Assembly: GCA_002633005.1 (NCBI GenBank)
Contig: NMRA01000001.1
Span: forward strand, 2,587,695 to 2,651,694
Length of the DNA stretch: 64,000 bases
From: Phoronis australis
Lineage: Eukaryota > Animalia > Phoronida
Reading direction: 5' to 3'
The notes under the pieces were generated by a model that ran no database searches, was not told the origin of the DNA, and saw only the letters and a program-made list of their open reading frames with translations. Below, piece after piece: positions 39,101-52,014 of this stretch. How positions within the stretch are numbered: position 1 is the stretch's first letter; every line of letters begins with the position of its first letter. The position numbers and the translations under genes were made by a program.

Positions 39101-41081
39101 CGACAAGCTAAGATAACTTTTCCACCTAGAAACAACAAAATTTTATAATGTTACACAACAACACTAAGGGTCTTGATTAGGATTGCATTTGACTGTATGA
39201 CTACAAATTAAGTTTTCAAAAGCTTCGTTGTCTCCTGATCACAACTAAAACCAATATAGGCACTGTGAATCAGTGATGCATTACAAAGTCTTCACAGAAT
39301 TTCCCATAGTAAGTCCCAAAGAGTATGTGAACCCACATCCATGCCTGGGTATAATGTCTGAAATGAGGCCATATAAACAAAAAATAAAACCTAATATGTT
39401 GAGACATGTTTTGTGTTGGCTGTAATTAGGCTATAAATCAAACAGAGAGAATTCAGGTAAAATTTGATATCACATAATCCACATTCATGCAAAAAGAGCT
39501 TCAGCTATAACACGGACTCTACATTTTGGAAAATCATACAAACTTTATTTGCACGTGGGTGAACCTGTTTTCAGAAACTCTCAGAATAGTTTTTGGTTTA
39601 GGTCATCAAACTGGACCATATAAAAGAAGTGACACCTCGTACTCAGCACATAAAATAAGCTGCTGAGTCAAGCCAATAACTGATCCTGCTCCCAAGCAAT
39701 GAGGAACTGTCAGTAACTCCTAAGCCTAGAAATCAGTGCTCATCTGAGTAAAGTGGTCACATGTATAACTGCAGGTGATATAAACAATTTTAGATGGGTC
39801 CATATTTGAAGTTTTGCTGCCCATATTCAACTAGATATACAACAGGCTTACAGCAGCACATGGAACAATAATGAAATTTATACCTCTCTTGGCTAGTTCT
39901 CGCGCTGTTTCTTTCCCCAAGCCACTGTTAGCACCAGTTATAACAACAGTTCTGCCGTACACTGTTTCATCGCCAGTATAGCGTACACCTCTTGACCGTT
40001 CCCTGTAAAATAAGAAGCTATGGATAACATGGTTATTACCCTATGACGGATTTAAAGTAAACAAAAAATGACCATTGCACTTTATTAAATACGACTTAAC
40101 CTTATGGCCACCAAAGGCGATAATGAAAAACAACTTCTGAAGCTCCACCAAAAAGTTGGGAGAAAATGTGCAAAATTTATGTTTTGTTAAAGCCTGGAAT
40201 CCTTCACCGAGTGACAAATGGAACAATTTCAATAAAGCATGACAATATGCAATGCAAACACAATACGCAAATTTCACACGCTTAGTAAAATTAACAAAAA
40301 GAGTAGCTTAGTACTTTTTACCATATTCACATACTTGCAAAGATAGAAATGGTACATAATCTTCCACCGTCTTGCACTCAACAGAAAAACAAAATTTTAA
40401 ATGGTATTCTGTTGAATGAACATTGCAAATGCCTATGATCTGTCTCACTACAACACGCTATAGATCGGAGTTCAATTCTACTGACATGAGAAGTGATTTC
40501 TGGGATTTAAAAAAAAAGTAAATTTGATGTTGCTTGAGCTCACGCTCGGCCCAAGTAATGACAGTCCAGCAGGTTCTGTCAGCATGTTGAGCATAGTCAC
40601 TCTTAGACAACAATAAACTGCTAATCCTTCCCTATGGCCCAAGAAGCCCAGATATCACTTGTAATCTTGGTAAAGAATAAGCTGACTCAAGTTTTATAAT
40701 GGCACATGGCTTAAATCAAAAACTTGTTAGTCTGACAGAATGCAGTTTTGTAGCACACAGCAGATGTTATGAATAGTACTAGTTTTTGGCCAAATTAGAA
40801 GTAAGAAGCTTAAAACAAACATGACGTTAGAGTGCAACATGAAAGCAACTTTTCGATACATAAATATTGTCTTCTCAGGTACAATAGTCAGACAGAACAA
40901 AAGATTGTAAAGAATTACATGTGCATGAGCCATTGATTTCCCGAAAAGTGCAACTTGACATGCTACTTGTATGAATCATCTCATCTTATTGAGATACTTA
41001 CTTCATCAAAACAAAAGCACCAACACCGGTTCCCACGACACTAGCAAAGAACAAGTAATTGGGAATTCTGATTTTGGGCAT
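36102..41081 (-). CDS. Retinol dehydrogenase 13-like SDR, paralog C (7 coding exons, 327 aa)
   Basis: Minus-strand exons 41002-41081 ([26 protein letters not shown]), 39884-40002 (TGANSGLG), 38970-39125 (ILACRD), 38545-38652 (INNAG), 37702-37911 (RIINISS...YDQSK), 37111-37318 ([28 protein letters not shown], recalling the RDH13 GRHTG..S..S..LGP segment), 36102-36204 ([15 protein letters not shown]). Total 984 nt. Confidence 0.92.
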
Positions 41082-41765
41082 CTTATAAACTTCGGAGGTG
41101 GAAATAAGGTATTTCCCAAATGTCTTAGTAGTAGATTCGTTCAGAAACCCAGATTCGTTTTCAAAAACAGCAAATCAGATGTTCTCCGCCTAGAAGGTTC
41201 AGAGTTTTACTTCTTCAGAGTTCACTACCAGTACATGTACCGGTATTACTAAAGCAAAGGACTACACGACTACACTTCAGACTTAGATTCGGACTCTCAG
41301 TCGACTACTCTCTCCCTCTCCCAGTCTCTCTGTCACAATCTAATTCTTAACTGGGTAGTCAACAACAGTCAAATCATAAACACCAGTGTAGATACATTTT
41401 ACAAATAAATGTTACGCATTTTAAATATTGCGATAAACATTTCCAAAATTTCACACCCGCTTGGTTAACTTATCACAGCAAACATGTTTGACGATACGGC
41501 GCTCTTTAAAGAAGGAAATCAAAATCGTGAGTTGTGGTATTGTAACAGAAATATTAAATAGAGACCAAAAAACGAAAAAACAGGGAAATGCGGTTTGAAC
41601 ATGCTTTAATCAATATTACCTTATGAAATCAAAGTTCTAGATTGATATTTTTATTGTAGAACTTATATATATGGTATTTATCTCACTCAAACAATCAAAT
41701 CCGAAATATTATTATTCATAGAATTAGTATTACTTATGCACAGTTGTGGACGAAGGAACTTCGAA
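41082..41765. promoter_or_regulatory. Putative bidirectional promoter between RDH-like paralog C and NRDE2
   Basis: Divergent ATGs at 41081 (minus) and 41766 (plus), 684 bp apart. Confidence 0.55.
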
Positions 41766-44700
41766 ATGTTTCCAGCTTACAAACTTGCCGCTGATCAGTC
41801 TAATGAAACATGTACCAGTGGTAATTTGGCATTATGCTTCGAACTTTTACAGTTTTCATAGCAAAATTTTTGCTAATTTTATAAGTTGGCTCCAGGATAA
41901 CTAGGAAATTAGACACCGAAAACTTCAATGACCAAAACACTGGCTGACCGGCCTGTCTGTCACTGTCTTGACTTAGTGACAGTGTCTAGTGACAGTAGTG
42001 TTAGTACAAACAATGACGGTGCCATTAGAGACGATGGAGCTCCTATAGGCGTTTCATACACTAGAAGATTTTCGACAAATTATGCCTGGCACTGATTAAA
42101 ACATCAAAGTCAAGTTGTTATAAATACCGTATGCGCATAGAGAGCCGGGACACTAGGTAGGAGGCCGTCGATGTATTTAATTCTTTCCAACTCTAACAAA
42201 TACTCCCGTTATCGAAATTTTTCTTCAAGCAGTCCCCCTTTCCGTTCCCAAAATTGGTAACTTGCCATTTTTAACACTGCGCATGGCAGGTGGTATGATG
42301 TCATATTCCTTGGCGTGCTAGTGTGAAAATGGCGAGTTACCGATTTTGGGAACTGAATGAAAAACTTCCAGCATATGAAGCGCCTATAGGAGCTGCACCA
42401 TCCTACTGGTGGTGCCAGTAGGACGGTGGTCACTGTCTAGTGTTAGTAGTGGTCTACTAGACAGTACCACTGTCTCAACTGGCTCCTCTAGAGGCGCTGG
42501 TCATTCCATAGGCCCTCCATACGCTGTAAGCTTTTCAGCGAACTATGCCTCACTCTAATTAAACCATCAAGGGAGTGTTGTTGTAAGTACCTTTTGCTCA
42601 CAGAGGGACACCTTAGGCTTGGCCTAGGATGCTGTTGATGTCTTAAACTCTTCCCAGTTCAAACAAATTCTCCCGCAGTAAAATTTTGTTTTTGAGCAGC
42701 CTATCGTTCAGTTGCCCAAATTAGCAACTGGCCAGTTTTACTCTGCTCGCCTCGGTTGATTTGATGTCTGCCATGGTGGCGGTAGTTGTCCAGTTAGGGC
42801 TAAAAGCAAAATCTCAATTTTCAATGGTTTAAATGAATTACGCATTGGAAGAATTGTTGCTTACTGTCCTGATTCTTTCGGAATCTGCATCAACTGCTCC
42901 TCCTGTGTGTCATACAATGTTCATTAATCTATACTAGCTATTTGAACCAATTTTCCTGTCCCTTTACTTCGTATTTTTCCTCAAAATGTCGGCCTTCACA
43001 ATATGTCACCCCCATTGGCATAGCCATATGGGACACAATGAGCCATGGTCAAAGCGCAAACTGCCCTCGGGTTGTCACTCTTTTCAGGAGGGGAAGTGAG
43101 TAGACAAGTATCAGAGTACCGCGTCCCCTTAAGATTGTTTACCCTTCCTCGCGCATTTTGTGGTAAACCATGCAAAGTAACCATGGTACTGATTTGTAAT
43201 TCCCCTGCACATTCTTACTTGGTGCATTTGAATTAGTCATCTTTGTTTGCTGTTTCAAAACAATTTAGAAGTCTAGTCACACAGATCATGAAACCTAGTA
43301 AATGGACTAGAGTATACAGTGTAAAAAGATTTCGATAGTTTTAATGTTGTTGACACAAATATACAAGCAAAGAAAACTTTATGTTGTTCATAATTTATTT
43401 GCAGAAAATGCAGACTGGCTGAGCCTTAAAAGTTTTCAACCAGAGGCAGCTTTGGCGATACAGGAGGTTCAAGCAGTGGGAGAAATTGCCCAAGAAGATG
43501 ATAGGTAGTCTCACGTGTCCACTTTGTTTTATGTGTGTGTCAGAAATTCATTCCTTTGTGACGTAGATCTTGTAAAAACCTCTAAAGGACTATGGTCGTG
43601 TGTGTGACATTTGCTGATAGGTTTGTAATGCTATGGGAATAAAATTTAGTTATAGCTCTGTGGCAACTGCTGCCTGTGGCTATTTTTGACATTGAGTTTT
43701 AATTTAAACATCATCTTGAGACTGTTGCTTGCATGCTCAACCATCTTTATTTCTATAGAATATTTTTATTTCATACAAGTCAATGTTGTGTACAAAAATA
43801 GTTGGACAGTTCTGTTGCATACAACATTTTGCAAAAATGTTAAATTAGCATGCCTTGTGTGATGACACAGAGGGTATACACTACTGTACTGATAATGTAC
43901 ACTGTGGTCTTTGAACTATTTTCTCACATGACAAATTAGATTGAAATGTCTCAGTTGAATACCTGTTGCATGTAAGTTTTAGTTTGGTGTTTTTTATGCC
44001 CCAACTCAATGTATTTCATTTTTGTCTTCCATGTGGTGCAATGGATAAACTTGGATTTGAAGTTTTACATTTCTTTGTTTTGTTTGGAATTTGGACAATG
44101 AAGAGGTGATTTTAAAATTCTTGTCATATTAAAACATCTTCTTATTGGTTAAAATATTTGAAATTGAGTATATAAAAAATTCAATCTTTTCAAGATGATG
44201 ACTGAATTTTGATTTATTTTTTGGTTATTTTTGTTGAGAAATGATTATAACATTGTCTATGCATGTGCATCTATGTGCACAAATGTTTTGGCATGCTATT
44301 TTGCTAGTTATACTGTCTGTTAAAGTGGAATCCGAAACGTTTTTAACTATTAGATTTTTAAAGAGCCGAATGCTAAAATGCACCCACTGGATAGATTGCC
44401 CAAAATGTACTTTGCTGGTGAAAAGTGTACTGTAAACTTTTTCTAATAGCTGGTTTCTGTAGTTAAAGTTTTGCTTTATAAATTTTGTCATGTTTCAGTC
44501 TCAGTGATGCTAGTTACGAAAATGAGAGAGGTTCTGACCACAGCCTGGAGAAAAGAGGGACTAAACGAATAGCTACTACAGTTGAAGGTTTGTTCTGTTG
44601 CATGTTGTTAGTGACGAACCATTTGAATTAGGGAATTGGTGTGTGTTACGTGTTATTTGGGTCAAGACCTTGAAGCAAAAAAGTGTTCCAAGACAAGACG

Positions 44701-47700
44701 GGAATTAGAAACCTGCTGACGGATCATTGCTAACCTTCTGTTGTTAAATTTCCGAATGGTGTAAAGTGTAATTCTCTACCTAGAATTTTGGAGTTAAAAT
44801 AACTTAAATTTATTTTGTTATTTAAGAGCTAGATCTCAATCAACTGCCCTTGAATCAATGTTTTAGTTTTTATTTTAGAATACTTTCCACCATTGAGTAT
44901 ATTGTTTTTATGTTTGTGTTAGAACATCCGGTCACAGATGTTAGCTCAGATGAGTCTAGTAGAGAGAGGCATCACAGAAAGCACAAGAGAAAAAAGAAGT
45001 CAAAACACAAGCATAAACACAAAGCACACAAACGCAAGGAAGAGAAACAAGAAAAAGAGTGAGTGCTTGACTTATGTCTATTGCTCGTTCAAGGCTCTGG
45101 GTCCTGCAGTGTGCTATAAATGAGCCGATGTTGTGTCGTTGTACACAGTAATGTGATCAAACACAACATGTGGGTCTTTTTTCCTTTACAAAAGTGAATA
45201 AAACACTTGATCAATACACTTTCCCATGTAGTTTATTCCATTGTAAGATCCCTCCTTTATTGCATTGTGAACAATTCGATATAACAAGAGCTATCATAAC
45301 TGTTTCCATATTCACATCGTTAGCGTTTTTTATTTTATCTGACACCCCTGTTGTTTTCTTTCAGGAAACCATCAAAGGAGACATCAAGGCCCCCATCGGA
45401 ATTACCCAAGAATAAAGTTTTTCTAGATGACATGCCTGGGTTAACAGTGGAACATGCCTACAGGATTGACAGGCAGCCGGATAACAACAATCTTAGTTTT
45501 GAGTCCTTATACAAACTACATGTAGCCAAACGGCGAAGGCTGGGGAATGTTTGTTTAGGGTCACGACCTGGTCACATGATTGTGCTTTCTGGATCAAAAT
45601 CTGATCAACGCCGAAATACTCCATCGAGGTATTTTGATAAGGAGAACATTCGTCAGTTGTATGATGAAAAATCTGTGCTGAATTTGTCTGCCAGTAAAGA
45701 GGATAATGCGACCTTGCCAGCAGATGGCAGTTTAGAGCATTGTTTATTATCAGAACGTGAAGAAGGGAAGTACTCTGTTGCCAATCCTCTTGGTGTCTAT
45801 GACCCTGCAACAGAATGTTATATTCAGGGTAAAGCAAATGTGGTCCCTGTTAGTGAACCGGGTAGTACTCATGTTGAACAGACACTTACGGAATCCCAGG
45901 GGGAGAAACTGCGCCGTCAAACTGAGCAGTACAATAAAAAGTTGAGGGACAACCCACATGACATCCAGCTGTGGTTAGACTTCATCAAATTTCAAGATGC
46001 TCTGTCAAACCGAAAGAAATTTTCAACTGGAGTAGAGACTTCTGTTGACAAGGATTATATGAAAACTGAGGATCGAATGTTGCTAGAAAAGAAATTGGCA
46101 ATATTCGATCGCGCGCTTGAGTCTAACTCAGGCTGCGTAAAATTGAAGACTGCTCAACTTGACCTCTGTAGGGGTGTTTGGGAAACGGACAAGTTAATCA
46201 AGGAGTGGAAAAAATTGTTGTTTATCCATGCCAATGACACTGTGTTGTGGAAGAAATATCTCATCTTCCTAAATTCAATGGTATCGCAGTTTACTGTGTC
46301 TAAGACAGTAGCTGCATACGGCAAGTGTATATCTACACTTAGCAGTGTACTAAGAAGAGAGCTGATATCTCACGATCCTATGCCAGATGCAGAGAACCAG
46401 TTGTTAGGTAAAGTATATCAGAAATAATGACATAAATGCTGCAGATGAGCTTTCATAGACAGTGGGACTATTGACATTTAGAACAAGGGTACTGGTGATT
46501 CTAATTGTGCATTGCCGGTACCATGAAGATAATTATATAATCATTACTTTTGTGAAATTTATGATATCTAAGCGCTTTAGAAATTATGAAATGTCTGTGT
46601 GTGAAGGTAGAACAATGTATAGAATATATCCCATTAAATTGGATTTTTTTTACAAACATGACTCTAATTCTTAGCTCCATCTTTGAACCCTGGTTAAGAT
46701 GAGATTTTCGAGCTTTGCGCCTTTTTGTAAACCAAGTCACCAGTTGAAGTAATTCATGATTCATGTTAAGTAAATCTTGACTGTTGATTAGTGTTCATTG
46801 CAATTACGAAACTTTCAGACATCAAACTGAAACCAAAAGTTGTAATTTCTTTCACTTCCTTTTGCCTGTTTTTCAATAAAGTTGCTCTTAAGTTTGGTTC
46901 ACTTAAGCAGATTAAAATTGACAGTCCGTACTATTTAATTTTTTTTTCTTCCAGACATCTTCATCCAGATGTGTCACTTTCTACAAGATGCTGGTCACCT
47001 TGAGAAGGCTGTAGCCAACTACCAGGCTGTTATTGAGTTCAACTTGTTCTGTCCTGGTGCATTGCTCTCATCATCTTTCAAAGAACGTATTGAACACTTT
47101 GAGTCATTCTGGGACAGTTCAGCGCCACGCTTTGGTGAAAATGGGGCTATTGGGTGGCGTAACTGGGCTCTGGATAAGGAGAAATCATCACAAATGCCCA
47201 CTATGAAACTGTCAGGTAACACTTGGAGTACAGTAAAACTTGCATAATTTGGAATTTTATCTAAGTGAAGTGTAATTTGAAGGGTGCACGGACTAGATCA
47301 GTCATATCTTGCAAGTTTGTCTGAGTTATGTGAAAATCTGACTTATGAATGTCCAACCATATTTACAGAGTAATCAGAAGATGATGTGTTGATGTTCAGA
47401 ATAAATGTGTTCACATATTATAGTGTTCTGCGTTGAAGCGAGATTGGATATTTGTTTTTATGGAAAACAATCCTCAGCCAATTTTGTGTCGTGAGGAACT
47501 GGTGAAGAAATTGTTTAATGATTTTTATTTAGGTGATGAAGAAAGTATCTTGGAGGATGGTATAATTGCAAAAACCAAAAATGACCGCACACAAGCTTGG
47601 CTATCATTGGAATCCTCCAGAGAATCTCGCCATTGGTTGCCATGGAAACCAGATCCCCTGGAGGGTGACACAGAGGAGGACTGCGAGGACCCTGACAGAC

Positions 47701-50700
47701 TGGTGCTATCAGACGATGTCACACCTACTCTCATGACTTTGACAAACGATCAACTGAAGATGACGTTGGTGAAATCATACCTAATGATTCTTGGTGTACG
47801 GCCACCAGACTTAGGCATGCATGCGGGTGAATCCTCAGATTTAATCAATTTTCATAATGAGAAGAATGCTCTGAATGCAAATTTGTCACAAAAAGTGATC
47901 ACAAATGTCTTTAGACAGGCGACTTCAGCTTTTGCTGATGGAAATGTTACCGAGTTACTGCTTTGGTGGTTGAGTCATGAAGAGCAGCAATGTGTCAGTG
48001 CGACTTTCGTAGACAATAAAGCAAAGAGAGCACATTTAAAGGAGGTTAAGAAGTTTGCAAAGTCTCTGCTAAAGGAAGAGAAAAACAGGAACAACTTGCT
48101 TCTGTGGAACGCGTATGCCAAGCTGGAGTGGAGGTTGGGCAAGGAGCATGATGCAAGAAATGTGTATGACACGGCAATAAAGATGTATGCACAAACTATG
48201 CTTAATGCGTGTGCGGAGAATGCCTCGGTAGAGGAGGAGGTTTGTGTGCTGTACCATACGTATGCGAGTCTCGAGTCCGGCATTACCGATGCTCAGTCAG
48301 AGCAAATGTGCCACCTGAAGTTAAGGCGGCACCGAGGCGAGGAGAAGACGGATAAAGTGAACAGGTGTCTCTGTATTCTGGCTAGTATGGTGAGTGGAAT
48401 GGATTATGAAGAGCCCACGTGTGACTCAATGTTGCCCACTCACGTGCTGAAGACCAGAAGATTGTTTCAGAGTAAACTAGAAAACATCATGGCACAGAAA
48501 AGCAACACTCGTACTGCCCTCTGGTGGCACTGGACTAATTGCTTTGCCATGTTTGAATATTTTACTAGTGGCATGGCAGCTGCTGCCCGTGTGTTTGAAC
48601 AGGTGTTGCAGGTAGTTAACGAAAAATTTCAAGACTCACTGTCTCTAACGAAGGCTTTATTCATTTCCCACCTCCACTTAGCTTGTTATCATGTGAACCA
48701 CCATATAGCCTCACTGACATCCTTGAAGGAACTTCTCAACAGAGCCTTGGCCTTGTTCCCAGAGTGCCCTTTGTTTTTGAGATTATTTGTTGACCTAGAA
48801 CTGCAATCTCATGCCAGTGGACGGTTGCGACAGTACTTCACCTATGGACAGCTGAATCGTAGTATATCGGTGCAGCCTTGGATGTTCGCTCTTGATGCAG
48901 AATTGTCCAGGTTTGACAAGTTAAAGCTGATGTCAAATGAGAACATGCCTGATACATTGACTGGTAGGTTGTATTGCACAATTGTTATTAATTTATAATT
49001 TTTAGGTAAGTTCTATAGCAACTGAGAGACTAAAAATTAGCAATGTTCTGAAATGAGCCAGTGCGACCAATTTCAATAAGGGTTAAGTTACAATCTAATG
49101 CATTTAAGTACTTGACTTATGTAGTACATTTCATTTGTCAAAATTTGAAGTATGGTAAAAAATCTTCTGTTTGGGGCGGAATGTGGTGGACATGTGGAAT
49201 ATTTATTTTTTATGAAAATTCGCTTTACTTTTAGCATTCTTTGTACAATACAGCTGTCAACAAACATTTGGTAAAATTTTGAACATTTTCAGTGATGTGA
49301 TGAACTTCCAAAAATAGCAAGATGTCAATCTTGAACCAACTTGAAAATAATATAGATCACAAACATTTTGGTCTGGTCTGCATGCCACCTGTTGGCCACA
49401 TCACGTGACCTAATGAACATGAGTCTGGAAAGATTTCTGCCCTGAACGGGTTTTGAACCCAGGACCTTCTGCTAACCGTGCAGACACTCTAGTCTACTGT
49501 GCCATCGGGACCACTGACAAGATGTCAGTTTTATCCCAAATGGAAGAATTTTTACCATACATACCATTTAACAATTTGAAATAATTATGTATTAATAACA
49601 ACTACCTTAAATGTTTGGTTTATAACAGAGGCATTTAAATAAGAAATGTATAACAAAGGTGACGTGTGTGTTTAATGTCCTTAGTTTTGATAATTGTATG
49701 ATAAATTCTCTACGTTTTGGTTTTTACCGATTGTCATTTAGTCCATTTAACCTTTTTCTAGCATGGTCAGTGGCAAGTCCAGTGGAGATAGGTGTAACCC
49801 ATCGTATAAGGTCTGTGTTTGAGCACGCTGTTGAGAGTGATCCAGGGAGACACTGTGTGGATTTGTGGAGGAGATTCATCAAGTTTGAGGTAAGTGAGGG
49901 CTGCAAGCTTGGATGACTTGAGATTGTCACTAAGCACATACTCAGTTTTCTTGTGGATTCATCTGTTCAAACATGAAAATAATATAATATTATTATTATG
50001 AGACTTAACGTGTTAAGTGCATTAAAATTCTAATTGTAGTGAATTTTTTAGTTTAGATGATTTTAATTGTGTTTGGCTGATTTTAAGACTAGTATTATGT
50101 ATTTATTTTTATTTTTTCCAGCTTGATCAGGGCTCTCAAGACAAAGCTCTTGCTGTTTTCTATCGCAGTTTACAGAAGTGTCCCTGGTCTAAGGTAGGTG
50201 AAGGAGTTTGTGTAAAACTTCACAGCTTGCCTGAGCCTTGCTGAAAATACTTTCTGGGGATTTCTGAGATCACGTTCACCCAATTGTAAATCAGTGTGCC
50301 TGTATTTGTCATTGGCATATTCTGTGTTTTAAAGTTCAGTGGGCCTACTTATGCAGTCAGGGTGGCTAGGCAGTGTGAAAGAAATCCAGAGTCAGACAGA
50401 ACAGATTTTTGCAGTCATATTATGTTTGACAAATTAAACAAGCATTAGTACACTTTCCTACGTGGTTTTGTGTGCATGTTCATTGGACATGTCAAGGAGC
50501 ATCCATTAGCCCCAAATACACTTATTTACCTCCCATGATGTATGGAACTCATAGCATTTTATTTGATGTTTGGCAAGACATTTTTTAATTCTAAACACAA
50601 AGATTTCCCAGGGCATTAGAAATACTGAAAAGGGATATTTTCTGATTATGCTGCCTTGGACTGAAGTTACAGTTAGACATTCCTGGTAGCCTATAATTAC

Positions 50701-51231
50701 AACCATTTGCATTTGTATTTTCTTAGAATAGCTATTAACCGGCGTTCCATCGAAGGAGGGAACTTTTGATTCAGACTACTTATTTCTGTAAAGTTGTACC
50801 TCACTCAGATGAGAAGGGATTTCTGGGTTTGCAAGAACTGGCAGTTCGTTATTCTTCGATATCACGCTCGGCACATAAAATGACACGATGATAAGCCAAC
50901 TTTACGAGCCTGGTCTCAAGCAATAATGAACTGCTAGGTCTTTTGAAACCCTGAAATCGCTTCCATAACTGTCAGAATTATAACTTGAAATCTATTTCAG
51001 AAAGTTAGATGTTCTAAATCAAAAGTTAGATACTTGACAGCTTTGAAATTGTCTGACTTGTTTACTTTGTCTACCTAGGCTCTGTACATGGATGGAGTCA
51101 GGTATTTCCCAGCAAAATGCCAAGAGATTCTTGATCTTATGACAGAAAAGGAACTTCGTCTCAGAGTGCCAATAGAAGAGCTGGACCTGTTGATTGACAA
51201 TGCAAATGACGAAGCAGATAAATCTAGTTGA
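41766..51231 (+). CDS. NRDE2: Nuclear exosome regulator NRDE2 (10 coding exons, 1155 aa)
   Basis: Exons 41766-41820 (MFPAY), 43405-43504 (DWLS..SF), 44499-44587, 44923-45058 (K/H-rich, NLS-like), 45365-46407 (NPHDIQLWLDFIKFQD), 46955-47215 (FESFWDSSAPRFGENGAIGW), 47533-48963 (HWLPW, EDPDRLVLSDDV, HAT-like helices), 49762-49889, 50122-50193 (CPWSK), 51079-51231 (MTEKELRLRVPIEELDLL, TGA). Continuous frame, 3468 nt. AATAAA at 51387. Confidence 0.93.
42020..42420. mobile_element. MITE-like element in NRDE2 intron 1, followed by a diverged second copy (~42480-42780)
   Basis: GAGCTCCTATAGGCGTTTCATACACTAGAAG is inverted against CTTCCAGCATATGAAGCGCCTATAGGAGCT; the interior aligns by eye with 42500-42770. 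Confidence 0.55.
49439..49511 (-). pseudogene. Degenerate tRNA-like sequence (tRNA-derived SINE head or tRNA pseudogene)
   Basis: Minus strand GTCCCGA TGGCACAGTAGACTAGAGTG TCTGC ACGGTTA GCAGA AGGTC CTGGGTTCAAAACCCGT TCAGGGC. Box A and box B (GGTTCAAAACC) are present and it is cloverleaf-like, but the acceptor and T stems have mismatches and U33 is absent. Confidence 0.6.
50761..51027. mobile_element. Foldback MITE (family also at ~51870-52040, ~55778-56215, ~59470-59755)
   Basis: AACTTTTGATTCAGA...TCTAAATCAAAAGTT termini, with inner arms GAACTGGCAGTTCGTTATT / AATAATGAACTG shared with the other copies. Confidence 0.65.
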
Positions 51232-51900
51232 AGGAGTTGGATTGATTATTTTTTGGTTACGGACCTTATATCACATGTGTTCTCACTGCTGCTGTGCATT
51301 GCCTTAGCAACAATGTTCATGTTGCTGAGTTATATGTATAGGAACTAGCCAGAGGAAAGTATTTTGATGACCACAAAAACAAACTGAATAAAGCTGACAT
51401 TACAAACATCTCTTGTTTTGAACTGGAAGGTTTTCAAATGCTAATACGAATTTTTCAAAGGATAGGAAACCCAGTTTTGCCCTATTAGCCGAATACTAAA
51501 CATGACTCTCACCCAGTCCTCCGAAATAAAATCATGCTCTTTAACCCTTGACGACCCATAAAAGTTTTTTGTAGGAAAAACTGAAAACTCCATTCAAAGT
51601 CTGCTAAACGGGCAAGCGTGACCTACTCTTTTAGCTATTGCATGGCAATTTTATGAAAAGACCACCCACCAAAGACTATAGACATGTGACATAGGCGAGT
51701 ATGGGTTTTTAGTCCATTTCTGCCTTTATCTTGGAAGATTGATGCACAAAGCAAGGTTTAGTATCCTTTTAAGGTGACTATAAACCCACTTTCTGTCATT
51801 TTGATTTGACTACTTGCCAAATTTGTCTCAAATTGTTCTTCAGTCAAAATTGACATGTTAAATGAGATTGGAAGGAACTGATATTTTGTTATTGCATGAT

Positions 51901-52014
51901 GCCGGTCTCTACAAGTTGACATGTCACTAGGTGTTGTGCAATTCATTGAGCATGCGTGAGGCCAGTCTCTACAAGTTGACATGTCACTAGGTGTTATTCT
52001 TTTCATTGGGCATG
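51901..52014. repeat. 60-bp tandem duplication inside a foldback MITE
   Basis: GCCRGTCTCTACAAGTTGACATGTCACTAGGTGTT starts at both 51901 and 51961. Confidence 0.85.

Noticed and set aside
44494-44504. Tandem acceptors TTCAG|TCTCAG in NRDE2 exon 3
   Set aside because: Would change only two residues in a low-complexity region, and there is no evidence of use.
45493-48283. Antisense ORFs overlapping the large NRDE2 exons
   Set aside because: Shadow ORFs of the coding strand with no recognisable motifs.
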